A stretch of DNA of 64,000 nt, from NCBI GenBank assembly GCA_965222155.1, contig CBDCTH010000012.1, positions 480,001 through 544,000 on the forward strand, written 5' to 3'. This document shows, in pieces, positions 1 to 8,432 of the stretch. How positions within the stretch are numbered: position 1 is the first letter of the stretch; every line of letters begins with the position of its first letter. The notes beneath the pieces are model-generated. The model ran no database searches. It saw only the letters and a program-made list of their open reading frames with translations, and was not told the origin of the DNA. The DNA is from Gammaproteobacteria bacterium (GTDB lineage Bacteria; Pseudomonadota; Gammaproteobacteria; Eutrophobiales; Eutrophobiaceae). Both the position numbers and the translations under genes were made by a program.

Positions 1-297
1 CTGGAGCTGTTTCAACAGGACCCAGCCACAACCGGCATCATCATGGTGGGCGAGATAGGCGGCAGCGCCGAAGAGGAAGCGGCAGAGTTTATCGGACAGT
101 ATGCCAATAAACCCGTAGTAGGTTATATTGCTGGCGTTACTGCGCCCCCGGGAAGGCGCATGGGACATGCCGGCGCGATTATTTCAGGCGGCAAAGGGAG
201 TGCGAGCGACAAATTCTCCGCGCTTGATGCCGCCGGCGTAACAACCGTCAAGTCACCTGCCGAACTGGGTGAGGCTATTGCCGCAAAATTAAAGTGA
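1..297 (+). CDS. sucD: Succinyl-CoA synthetase alpha subunit, 5'-partial
   Basis: Frame open from base 1; motifs [12 protein letters not shown] and GRRMGHAGA (phospho-His loop). Confidence 0.96.
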   Translation: MELFQQDPATTGIIMVGEIGGSAEEEAAEFIGQYANKPVVGYIAGVTAPPGRRMGHAGAIISGGKGSASDKFSALDAAGVTTVKSPAELGEAIAAKLK

Positions 298-2153
298 ACA
301 GAGTCGCTATTGCCCAGGTTGATTTGTGTGTCGGCGATATAGACGGTAATACGGAACTGGTTCTTGAATACATTTCCAGGGCCAGAGGCAGCGCCGGCGC
401 AGATACGATAATATTCCCCGAGTTGGCCCTGACCGGTTATCCGCCGGAAGACCTGTTATTGCGTCCTCATTTCCACGTACAGGTGGAACAGGCCTTGCAA
501 CGAGTGATGCACGGGTCGCAGGGCATAAGCGTTGTCCTCGGCTATCCGACGCAAAAAGAGACGCGCCTGTATAACTCCTGCAGTCTGGTCAGGGACGGGG
601 AGGTCGTCACAACCTACCATAAAAGAAACTTGCCCAATTACGGTGTTTTCGACGAAAAACGTTATTTTACCGAGGGAGAAGAGCTGAATCTGGTTGAAAC
701 CCCGGACCTCAAGGTTGCGCTGAGTGTATGTGAGGACCTGTGGACCGAAGACCACGTCAGCGAAGCAGCCGGCGCCGGGGCGGAGCTGCTGATCAATATC
801 AACGCCTCTCCCTACCACACAGACAAATCCAGTGTCAGGGAGGTACTGCTGAAGCGCCGCGCCGTTGACCATAATATAGCGATCATCTACGTCAACCTGG
901 TGGGCGGCCAGGATGAACTGATATTCGACGGTGGTTCCCTGGTCATAGATTGCCGTGGTGAATTCGTCTTCAAAGCCCCGCAGTTTGAACAGGGTCTGTA
1001 CCTGGTGGAGCTGGGACGGGCGGCGGCAGGCGCTATTACCGTGGAAGCCAAATCAGTGCAGTGTCCGCCCCTGGACTTTACCGAGAGCGTCTACCGGGCA
1101 CTGGTGCTTGGCGTCAAGGATTACGTGTTGAAAAACGGTTTCAAGGGTGCGGTTATCGGTTTGTCGGGCGGTATCGACTCGGCGCTGACCCTGGCTATCG
1201 CCGTGGATGCGCTCGGTCCGGAAAACGTTGAAGTGCTGCTGCTGCCGTCCCGTTACACTGCCGCCATGAGTGTCGAAGACGCACAGGAAATGGCCGATAA
1301 GCTGGGTGTCTCCTGCCATACGGTGAGTATTGAAAAACCTTTTTCGGCGTTCGCGGAAATTTTGTCACCGGTTTTCAAGGATCTCCCTATGGCCCGGACT
1401 TCTCACCAGGTGATGCGCCCTTGCTTGTCTTTTTTGCGCCAGTGGGCACGTGTTCCCTCAACCATAGCTACGGCTATGCGTTCGTTCGCAGGCGCCCACT
1501 GGCGCAAAAAATCCGGCGCATTCATTGCGCCCATCCCTGGGCGCAACCCTACGGGCGGCTGTCGCCGTGCAAATCGGCTATCCTGCCGATTTGTCATCGC
1601 ATCACTTGGTGAGAAATCCGAGCAGGACACGACCGAAGAAAATATCCAGGCCCGCTGCCGCGGATTGTTGCTTATGGCCGTATCCAACAAAACCGGCAAG
1701 CTGGTTTTGACGACGGGCAATAAAAGTGAAATGGCGGTGGGTTACGCAACCTTGTACGGGGATATGGCCGGTGGGTTTGCGCCGCTCAAAGACGTGCCGA
1801 AAATCCTGGTCTACAAACTGTCCCGCTGGCGCAACCGGACCGGGGAAATCATTCCGCAACGGATCATCGACCGCCCGCCCAGTGCGGAGTTACGTTTTGA
1901 CCAGAAAGACGAAGACTCCCTGCCTGGCTATGACGTGCTGGATCCGATACTGGAAAAATACATTGAGATGGACCACACTCCGGGTGAGATTATCGAAGCA
2001 GGCTATGACCGGGATACTGTCTACCAGGTGATCAGGCTGGTGGATAAAAATGAATACAAGCGCCGCCAGGCCGCTCCCGGCGTCAGGATCACAGAACGCG
2101 CCTTCGGTCGCGACCGGCGTTATCCTATTACTTCCCGCTACCAGGAAATATAA
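294..2153 (+). CDS. nadE: Glutamine-dependent NAD+ synthetase with a 78-aa in-frame insertion
   Basis: Nitrilase-type N-domain ([28 protein letters not shown]), SGGIDS, TGNKSE..VGY.TLYGD; element inserted at 1393-1622. Confidence 0.96.
   Translation: MNRVAIAQVDLCVGDIDGNTELVLEYISRARGSAGADTIIFPELALTGYPPEDLLLRPHFHVQVEQALQRVMHGSQGISVVLGYPTQKETRLYNSCSLVRDGEVVTTYHKRNLPNYGVFDEKRYFTEGEELNLVETPDLKVALSVCEDLWTEDHVSEAAGAGAELLININASPYHTDKSSVREVLLKRRAVDHNIAIIYVNLVGGQDELIFDGGSLVIDCRGEFVFKAPQFEQGLYLVELGRAAAGAITVEAKSVQCPPLDFTESVYRALVLGVKDYVLKNGFKGAVIGLSGGIDSALTLAIAVDALGPENVEVLLLPSRYTAAMSVEDAQEMADKLGVSCHTVSIEKPFSAFAEILSPVFKDLPMARTSHQVMRPCLSFLRQWARVPSTIATAMRSFAGAHWRKKSGAFIAPIPGRNPTGGCRRANRLSCRFVIASLGEKSEQDTTEENIQARCRGLLLMAVSNKTGKLVLTTGNKSEMAVGYATLYGDMAGGFAPLKDVPKILVYKLSRWRNRTGEIIPQRIIDRPPSAELRFDQKDEDSLPGYDVLDPILEKYIEMDHTPGEIIEAGYDRDTVYQVIRLVDKNEYKRRQAAPGVRITERAFGRDRRYPITSRYQEI
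1393..1622. mobile_element. Palindromic MITE, copy 1, in frame within nadE
   Basis: TIRs CCCGGACTTCTCACCAGGTGATGCG / CGCATCACTTGGTGAGAAATCCGAG; degenerate 4-bp flanks ATGG/CAGG; homologous to 17535-17773, 25311-25644 and 37803-37946. Confidence 0.9.
1521..1595. repeat. 75-nt multi-hairpin element nested in MITE copy 1
   Basis: Near-identical 75-nt copy at 25417-25491, at a different position within the host MITE. Confidence 0.85.
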
Positions 2154-2171
2154 CCCGCTGATAAAACATAT

Positions 2172-2309
2172 ATCCGCAGATTATGCAGATAAACGCAGAT
2201 AAAAATATCAGGTTATAAATGTTAAATTTAACGTTATTCCTGTACCTTACGCCACTGCACCACATTAACAAGAATCCTTAACCTGTGGAAATCTGCGTAA
2301 TCTGCGGAT
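2172..2309. repeat. Inverted repeat with ~9-nt periodic CGCAGAT units between convergent nadE and bamD
   Basis: ATCCGCAGATTATGCAGAT ... ATCTGCGTAATCTGCGGAT around an AT-rich spacer. Confidence 0.75.
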
Positions 2310-2317
2310 AATATCCT

Positions 2318-3103
2318 TTACTCAACGACTATATCTTTTATGTCGTAATAACCGGGATGGTTCGGGTAGTTCAATTCCAGGACGCGCACGGTGTCCACGG
2401 ACAAGTTCGGCATTTCCAGGATTTTGTAGGTTTTGGCCATCAGCACCAGGGCATCGGGTACCGAAGGCGTGCGCGGATAGGACTCCACCACGGTCCTTGC
2501 CCGGTTGAGCGCCGCCAGGTACGCACCTCTTTTCAAATAATAGTTTGCCACATGTATTTCGTGCCGGGCGAGGCGGTTGCGCAGGAATACCATCCGTTTT
2601 TTCGCGTCCTCGGTGTATTGGCTCTGGGGGTATCTTTCCAGTAGTTCGGAAAAAGCCTGGAATGCAGTCAGGGCGGCGCCCTGGTCGCGCTGGCTTGAAT
2701 CTATCGGTAAAAATCGCTCCGTCAAGCCTTTGCCGCGGTTAAAGTTTACCAGCCCCTTCAGGAAATAAGCATAATCGACGTGAAGGTTCTGGGGATATAG
2801 ACGGATAAAGCGGTCACAGGCCGCCATTGACGACTCAAATTCTTCAGTCTTGTAATAGGCGTAGGCCAGGTCCAGCAGCGACTGCTGCCCGTAAACACCG
2901 AATGGAAAGCGGGTTTCGAGAAACTCGTAATACTCAACCGCCTTGCTGTAATAACCTGAATCGAGCGCACCCTTGGCTTCGGAGTAGAGCCGTTCCACCG
3001 TCCAGTTCTTGGTTTCATTGTTGTCCTTATCGCCAAACCAGGCACAACCGCCAAGCAGCAGGATGACTGCACAAATACAGGGTATAATTCTATGGCTATA
3101 CAT
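2318..3103 (-). CDS. bamD: Outer membrane protein assembly lipoprotein BamD
   Basis: Lipobox LGGC, TPR repeats, LE.RFPFG.Y, YP....VDYA.F.KGL. Confidence 0.95.
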   Translation of the reverse strand: MYSHRIIPCICAVILLLGGCAWFGDKDNNETKNWTVERLYSEAKGALDSGYYSKAVEYYEFLETRFPFGVYGQQSLLDLAYAYYKTEEFESSMAACDRFIRLYPQNLHVDYAYFLKGLVNFNRGKGLTERFLPIDSSQRDQGAALTAFQAFSELLERYPQSQYTEDAKKRMVFLRNRLARHEIHVANYYLKRGAYLAALNRARTVVESYPRTPSVPDALVLMAKTYKILEMPNLSVDTVRVLELNYPNHPGYYDIKDIVVE

Positions 3104-3265
3104 CTTGAGTTCGGTTCATATCGGTCCGCCCCTGAATAATCGCACAGAATAAAAGCCTATAGCAATATTTATGCGTTCAATAGCCCTGATTATGTATTGA
3201 CAGATCGTGATATACTGCTGCTTTTTCCGGTTTTTCAGGCATGAGTGAGTTTGAGGATACACTAA

Positions 3266-3871
3266 ATGAAGAAAGATGGAGTTAACAGTGAGCGACGCCG
3301 TTTTCTCACCACGACTGCATCCGTTGTAGGCGGTGCAGGCGCCCTGGCCACCAGTGTGCCGTTTGTGTCGACGTTGACGCCAAGCGCCAAGGCCAAAGCA
3401 ATCGGCGCCCCGGTTGAAGTCGATATCGGCGATTTGGAGATCGGGGAGCGAAAAATAGTCAAATGGCGCGGTAAGCCGGTCTGGATCCTGCGCCGTGGTG
3501 ATGCGGCCATAGACGAACTCAGCGAGTTGGATGAAGTGGTCAAGGACCCGGCATCAGAAGTCGAACAACAACCGTTTTATGCGAGGAACGAGTACCGTTC
3601 ACAGCGCGCGGAATACCTGATCGTGCTGGGGATTTGCACCCACCTGGGTTGTTCCCCCGTTTACGCCAGAAAAGGTGAAGGGGAAGCCCACCAGCTCGGT
3701 GAAGACTGGCGGGGAGGGTTCTTCTGTCCCTGTCACGGCAGCCGTTTTGACCTGGCCGGCAGAGTTTTCAAAGGTGTGCCGGCGCCCACCAACCTGGTGG
3801 TGCCGCCGCACCAGTACCTGAGCGATACCCGGGTATTGATCGGTGATGATTCGGCTGTCGTCCAGTCATGA
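3266..3871 (+). CDS. petA: Cytochrome bc1 Rieske iron-sulfur subunit
   Basis: Tat motif RRRFL; CTHLGC and CPCHGS. Confidence 0.97.
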   Translation: MKKDGVNSERRRFLTTTASVVGGAGALATSVPFVSTLTPSAKAKAIGAPVEVDIGDLEIGERKIVKWRGKPVWILRRGDAAIDELSELDEVVKDPASEVEQQPFYARNEYRSQRAEYLIVLGICTHLGCSPVYARKGEGEAHQLGEDWRGGFFCPCHGSRFDLAGRVFKGVPAPTNLVVPPHQYLSDTRVLIGDDSAVVQS

Positions 3872-5088
3872 ATAAACGGTTAATGGCATTACGCGACTGG
3901 GTGGACGCGCGCTTTCCGTTGATGCGGTTATGGAATGAGCACCTGGCCCGGTATTACGCCCCGAAAAATTTCAATTTCTGGTATTTCTTCGGCTCATTGG
4001 CCCTGTTCGTCCTGGTGATCCAGATTATTACCGGGATCTGGTTGACCATGAACTTCAAACCGTCCGCGGAACTCGCTTTTGCCTCGGTCGAGTACATCAT
4101 GCGCGACGTGGAGTGGGGCTGGTGGATACGTTACATGCACTCGACCGGCGCTTCCGCATTTTTTATCGTGATCTACCTGCACATGTACCGGGCCATGCTG
4201 TACGGTTCCTACAAAAGGCCCAGGGAGTTGCTCTGGATCATCGGCATGCTCATTTACTTCACACTGATGGGAGAGGCGTTCTTCGGCTATTTGCTGCCGT
4301 GGGGGCAGATGTCTTACTGGGGCGCCCAGGTAATCATCTCGCTGTTCGGCGCGTTGCCGATTGTCGGAGACGAACTTGCCTTGTGGATACGGGGCGATTT
4401 CGTCGTATCGGACGTGACCCTGAACCGATTTTTCTCCCTGCACGTCATCGCCTTTCCCCTGGTGCTGTGCGGCCTGGTCGGCGCGCACCTGATCGCCTTG
4501 CACGAGGTTGGCTCAAATAATCCGGATGGAATTGAAATAAAGAACTACAAGGACGCCGACGGTATCCCGCTGGACGGCATCCCCTTTCATCCTTACTACA
4601 CCGTCAAGGATATTGTCGGGGTCGTGGTTTTTTTGATCATTTTTTGTGCGGTTGTATTTTTCAAACCCGAGATGGGCGGCTATTTTCTCGAAGCAAACAA
4701 TTTTATCCCTGCCGACCCGCTCAAGACACCGGAACACATAGCGCCGGTGTGGTATTTCACCCCGTTCTATGCCATTTTGCGGGCCGTGCCGAGCCAGGTC
4801 GGTGGTGTTATCGCCATGGGAGCGGCAACGTTGCTGTTCTGTTTTCTCCCCTGGCTGGACCGGAGTCCGGTCAAGTCCATCCGCTACCGGGGCCGGAATT
4901 ACAAGATTGCCCTGGCTTTATTCACGGTCAGTTTTATTGCATTGGGCTGGCTGGGGCTGCAAGCCGCTACGACGAACTACACCTGGATGGCGCGCTTGTT
5001 TACAGTGATTTATTTCCTGTTTTTCCTGTTGATGCCGTTTTATACCGGCTCCGATAACGATAAACCCGTACCGGACAGGGTGACATGA
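3868..5088 (+). CDS. petB: Cytochrome b
   Basis: YLLPWGQMSYWG, PVWY motif, heme-ligand histidines. Confidence 0.97.
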   Translation: MNKRLMALRDWVDARFPLMRLWNEHLARYYAPKNFNFWYFFGSLALFVLVIQIITGIWLTMNFKPSAELAFASVEYIMRDVEWGWWIRYMHSTGASAFFIVIYLHMYRAMLYGSYKRPRELLWIIGMLIYFTLMGEAFFGYLLPWGQMSYWGAQVIISLFGALPIVGDELALWIRGDFVVSDVTLNRFFSLHVIAFPLVLCGLVGAHLIALHEVGSNNPDGIEIKNYKDADGIPLDGIPFHPYYTVKDIVGVVVFLIIFCAVVFFKPEMGGYFLEANNFIPADPLKTPEHIAPVWYFTPFYAILRAVPSQVGGVIAMGAATLLFCFLPWLDRSPVKSIRYRGRNYKIALALFTVSFIALGWLGLQAATTNYTWMARLFTVIYFLFFLLMPFYTGSDNDKPVPDRVT

Positions 5089-5882
5089 TTATTACTCGTA
5101 TTCCAATGCCGAAATGGGGACGGAATTTAATTCCGTCCCCTGTTATTTTGCTGTTGCTGCTGGCGACAAACCCTTGCCTGGCTGCCGGCAACAACGGCCA
5201 CATGCTCCACGCTGATGTTGACCTGTCCGATAAGAAATCATTACAGCGCGGCGCCCGTACCTTTGTAAATTATTGCCTCAGTTGCCATTCCGCCTCGTTT
5301 ATGCGCTACAACCGCCTGGGTAGAGACCTGCACATAAGTGAGGACATCCTGAAGGAAAATTTCATGTTCGGGACGGACAAAATGGGCGATACCATGACAG
5401 TTGCCTTGAACAGGCAGGAAGCAGAAAAATATTTCGGGGTAGCTCCTCCGGATCTTTCAGTAAGCGCGCGCGCGCACGGCGCAGACTGGTTGTATACCTA
5501 CCTGATGACGTTTTATCGGGATACATCCCGCCCCAATGGCGTCAACAACCTGGCTTTCGAGGATACTGCAATGCCCCACGTACTCTGGCAGTTACAGGGT
5601 TGGCAGGAACCCGTGTATAAGGAAGTAACTCATCGGGACGGCAGGATAAGCAGGATGATCGACTACCTGGAAGTTGTGAACGAACCGGTCGACAAGCCGA
5701 AACCCTACCAGGATGAAAGCTATGAGGAGACGATAACCGATCTGGTGAATTTCATGGTCTACCTGGGGGAGCCTATCAAACTTAAACGCAAGACAATCGG
5801 CGCCTGGACCATAGCGTATCTTCTGGTGTTACTGGTTTTGGTATACCTGCTCAAGCGGGAATACTGGCGCGACGTACATTGA
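5085..5882 (+). CDS. petC: Cytochrome c1
   Basis: CLSCH, PPDLS, AMP, C-terminal TM helix ending EYWRDVH. Confidence 0.95.
   Translation: MIITRIPMPKWGRNLIPSPVILLLLLATNPCLAAGNNGHMLHADVDLSDKKSLQRGARTFVNYCLSCHSASFMRYNRLGRDLHISEDILKENFMFGTDKMGDTMTVALNRQEAEKYFGVAPPDLSVSARAHGADWLYTYLMTFYRDTSRPNGVNNLAFEDTAMPHVLWQLQGWQEPVYKEVTHRDGRISRMIDYLEVVNEPVDKPKPYQDESYEETITDLVNFMVYLGEPIKLKRKTIGAWTIAYLLVLLVLVYLLKREYWRDVH
5116..5140. repeat. GGGGAC-family palindrome within the petC signal-peptide region
   Basis: GGGGACGGAATT-T-AATTCCGTCCCC, perfect 12-bp arms. Confidence 0.8.
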
Positions 5883-5889
5883 ACAACAA

Positions 5890-6528
5890 GTGAATACTTT
5901 ACCTAATGGCGGGCCGGTGATGGTCCTGTATTCCAACATAACCGGCCCGGTCAGTCACTGTGTGCGTCTGGCGCTGGCGGAAAAAGATATCGATACAGAG
6001 ATAAAATATGTCCACGAGGACAGTATTCCTGAAGAACTGGCGGAGTTAAATCCATACAACACGGTTCCCACCCTGGTAGACCGTGAACTTACTTTGTATG
6101 ACGCTCAAATCATACTGGAATACCTGGATGAACGTTTTCCTCATCCACCGTTGATGCCGGTTGACCCCATGTCTCGCGCCATAAACAGGCAATTGAGGTA
6201 CCGGATTATGCGGGATCTGTACAACCTGGTCGAAGAGATGGTCGATGAAAATGAAATTGCCGCAGCAAGCGCCAGGAGAAGCCTGCGCAACAGCCTGATG
6301 GCGATTGAACCGGTTTTCTCTCAAATGCCTTATTTTATGTCTGATAATTATACCCTGGTGGACTGCTGTATGGCGCCTTTGCTGTGGCGTCTTGAAGCCT
6401 ACAATATCAGGTTACCCAATAGCGCGAAGGCGTTGCGCAAATACGCACAATCGCTGTTTGAACGCGACGCGTTCCAGTCCAGCATGTCTGAACCGGAACG
6501 TGATATGTGTGAGCGTATGACGGCCTGA
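5890..6528 (+). CDS. sspA: Stringent starvation protein A (GST fold)
   Basis: LNPYNTVPTLVDRELTLY, EYLDERFPHPPLMPVDP; follows petC. Confidence 0.93.
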   Translation: MNTLPNGGPVMVLYSNITGPVSHCVRLALAEKDIDTEIKYVHEDSIPEELAELNPYNTVPTLVDRELTLYDAQIILEYLDERFPHPPLMPVDPMSRAINRQLRYRIMRDLYNLVEEMVDENEIAAASARRSLRNSLMAIEPVFSQMPYFMSDNYTLVDCCMAPLLWRLEAYNIRLPNSAKALRKYAQSLFERDAFQSSMSEPERDMCERMTA

Positions 6529-6600
6529 TACAGCGGCGTATATTTGGGGTCAGTCAGGGCAAACGCATACTTTTGAATTCAGATGTTTCTGCCCGATTCC

Positions 6601-6695
6601 GTCATTCTGGCGCAGGCCAGAATCCAGTGAATAACTCTTCATTACCCTGAGCATGCGCTGTTGTTTGACTGGATGCTGGCATTCGCCAGCATGAC
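6601..6695. repeat. GTCATTCC...GGAATCCAG type paired palindromic repeat
   Basis: GTCATTCTGGCGCAGGCCAGAATCCAG ... CTGGATGCTGGCATTCGCCAGCATGAC; related copies at 11523-11685 and 36428-36515. Confidence 0.75.
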
Positions 6696-6760
6696 GGGCG
6701 GTGTTTTCCGGTTGGTTTCCTGTCTTCTGCAACAGAATCCAAAAGTATGCGGTTGCCCTG

Positions 6761-6803
6761 TGGGGTCAGTGTAAAAACTCTATAAGTTTTTACACTGACC
6801 CCA
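6761..6803. repeat. TGGGGTCAG-family palindrome, possible bidirectional terminator
   Basis: TGGGGTCAGTGTAAAAACT-N5-AGTTTTTACACTGACCCCA, perfect 19-bp arms. Confidence 0.85.
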
Positions 6804-6820
6804 AATTTGAATATGATAAT

Positions 6821-7459
6821 TTACTGCGTTTCAGTCTCCGCTTCCTCCGTTTCTTCCGCTTCCGTGTCATCGGCCGGTTCCCTGTACTCGAAAAGTTTTA
6901 CTACTTTCTGTACGCCCCCGGTGCGCCGGGCGATTTCCGTTGCTACGTCAGCTTCCTGCGTGGAAACCAGACCCATGAGGAAGGTAACGCCGTTCTCGTT
7001 TACAACTTTTATATGCAGGCTGCTCAGGTTTTTTTCCGCAATGATCTTTGCTTTTATCTTGGCGGTAACTACGGTGTCCGCACTGCGCGAGATAAGTGAA
7101 CTGGGGGCGGCAATTACGATTTCATCGTATACCCGGGTCACTTTTTCAACGTTTTTTACGAGGTCAATCACGGCCTGTCGATCCTCTTCGGTCGGCGCTT
7201 CCCCGCTGACCAGGACCGAGGTGTTATAACTGGTGAAATTGATATGCACCCGTTTGTTCAAATCTTTTTGATTCGACAACGCCAGGCGGGATTTAATCTC
7301 AATGGCTTCGTCTTCTATGAAAGTACCGGTCGTCCTCCGATCTGACGTCAGTGTTGTGACCGCGGTGGTGGCGCCGGTTACTGCTATGGGCGCGCAGCCT
7401 TGTAATACGAACAGCTGCGCAAGGAGGATGATTAACAGGTGGTAGTGTTGTATTTTCAT
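6821..7459 (-). CDS. dolP: Double BON-domain lipoprotein DolP/YraP
   Basis: Lipobox LQGC, DRRT.G...ED..IE, two BON domains; yraMNOP synteny. Confidence 0.88.
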   Translation of the reverse strand: MKIQHYHLLIILLAQLFVLQGCAPIAVTGATTAVTTLTSDRRTTGTFIEDEAIEIKSRLALSNQKDLNKRVHINFTSYNTSVLVSGEAPTEEDRQAVIDLVKNVEKVTRVYDEIVIAAPSSLISRSADTVVTAKIKAKIIAEKNLSSLHIKVVNENGVTFLMGLVSTQEADVATEIARRTGGVQKVVKLFEYREPADDTEAEETEEAETETQ

Positions 7460-8049
7460 GTAGCTGCTCCGAGTAGTTTATGGTCGATCAGGTCACAAAG
7501 TGAATGGATTATCATGAGGTGCACCTCCTGAATCCTGGCTGTAGAGTCAGCCGGCACACGCAGTTCAATATCGGATTTCAGCAGGATATTGGCAACCTGT
7601 CCGCCTGTCTTGCCGGTCAAAGCTATGACGTGCATGCGTTTGTCCTGGGCGGCGTCAATTGCATGAATAATATTATGGGATTCTCCGCTGGTGCTGAACG
7701 CCAGCAAAATATCATCCGGATGCCCCAGCGCCCGGATCTGCCTGGAAAAAATATCGGCAAACTGGTAATCATTGGCTATCGACGTTAATACGGATGAGTC
7801 GGTAGTCAGGGCGATGGCCGGCAGCCCCGGCCGTTCCAACTCAAAACGGTTGATCATTTCTGAAACGAAGTGCTGGGCCTCTGCGGCAGAACCGCCATTG
7901 CCGCAACTGAGAATTTTATTGCCGTTCATCAGGCAGGCGACCATTAATTCAGCGGCGCTTGCTATTAACGGAGCGAGGCTGTTCCCGGACTCAACTTTGA
8001 CCCGGATGCTCTCAGCAAAAATATCCTTCACGCGTTGGGCAAAATCCAT
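7456..8049 (-). CDS. gmhA: Phosphoheptose isomerase / DiaA-like SIS protein
   Basis: [26 protein letters not shown]; ATG at 8049 preferred; occupies the diaA position. Confidence 0.85.
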   Translation of the reverse strand: MDFAQRVKDIFAESIRVKVESGNSLAPLIASAAELMVACLMNGNKILSCGNGGSAAEAQHFVSEMINRFELERPGLPAIALTTDSSVLTSIANDYQFADIFSRQIRALGHPDDILLAFSTSGESHNIIHAIDAAQDKRMHVIALTGKTGGQVANILLKSDIELRVPADSTARIQEVHLMIIHSLCDLIDHKLLGAAT

Positions 8050-8063
8050 CAGTGAAATCCTGG

Positions 8064-8432
8064 CTAGAATGCCCCCTTGAACCACTCGATCTTCATCCCG
8101 TGCTCGCTCCTGCCGATTAACGTGATAACGTCAAAACGCCAGTTACAATGGTTCAATACGGATGTTTTCTGCATAAAGACCTGGCTGGTTTTCCTGATTT
8201 TATTTCTCTTTGAATTATCTATGGTCTCGACCGGATGTAAAAAAGCACTATTTTTTCTCGACCTGACTTCAACGAATATAATGGTATTGTTTTCCCGCAT
8301 GATCAAGTCAATCTCACCGAACCTGGAGCGAAAGTTACGCGCCAGCAAAGCCAGGTCATGTTTTTGCAGGTAGCGTAACGCCATATCTTCAGCCATCCTG
8401 CCGAATTCGGCCCGGGAATTATCTGGCGCCAT
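8064..8432 (-). CDS. yraN: YraN family (UPF0102) nuclease
   Basis: [24 protein letters not shown]. Confidence 0.93.
   Translation of the reverse strand: MAPDNSRAEFGRMAEDMALRYLQKHDLALLARNFRSRFGEIDLIMRENNTIIFVEVRSRKNSAFLHPVETIDNSKRNKIRKTSQVFMQKTSVLNHCNWRFDVITLIGRSEHGMKIEWFKGAF

Noticed and set aside
1393-1626. NadE insertion as an intein or self-splicing intron
   Set aside because: No N-terminal Cys/Ser or C-terminal His-Asn intein motifs and no group I/II core. It has TIRs and other copies elsewhere in the window.
3197-3216. TTGACA...TATACT promoter for petA
   Set aside because: The spacer is only 8 bp, so the two hexamers cannot form one sigma70 promoter.
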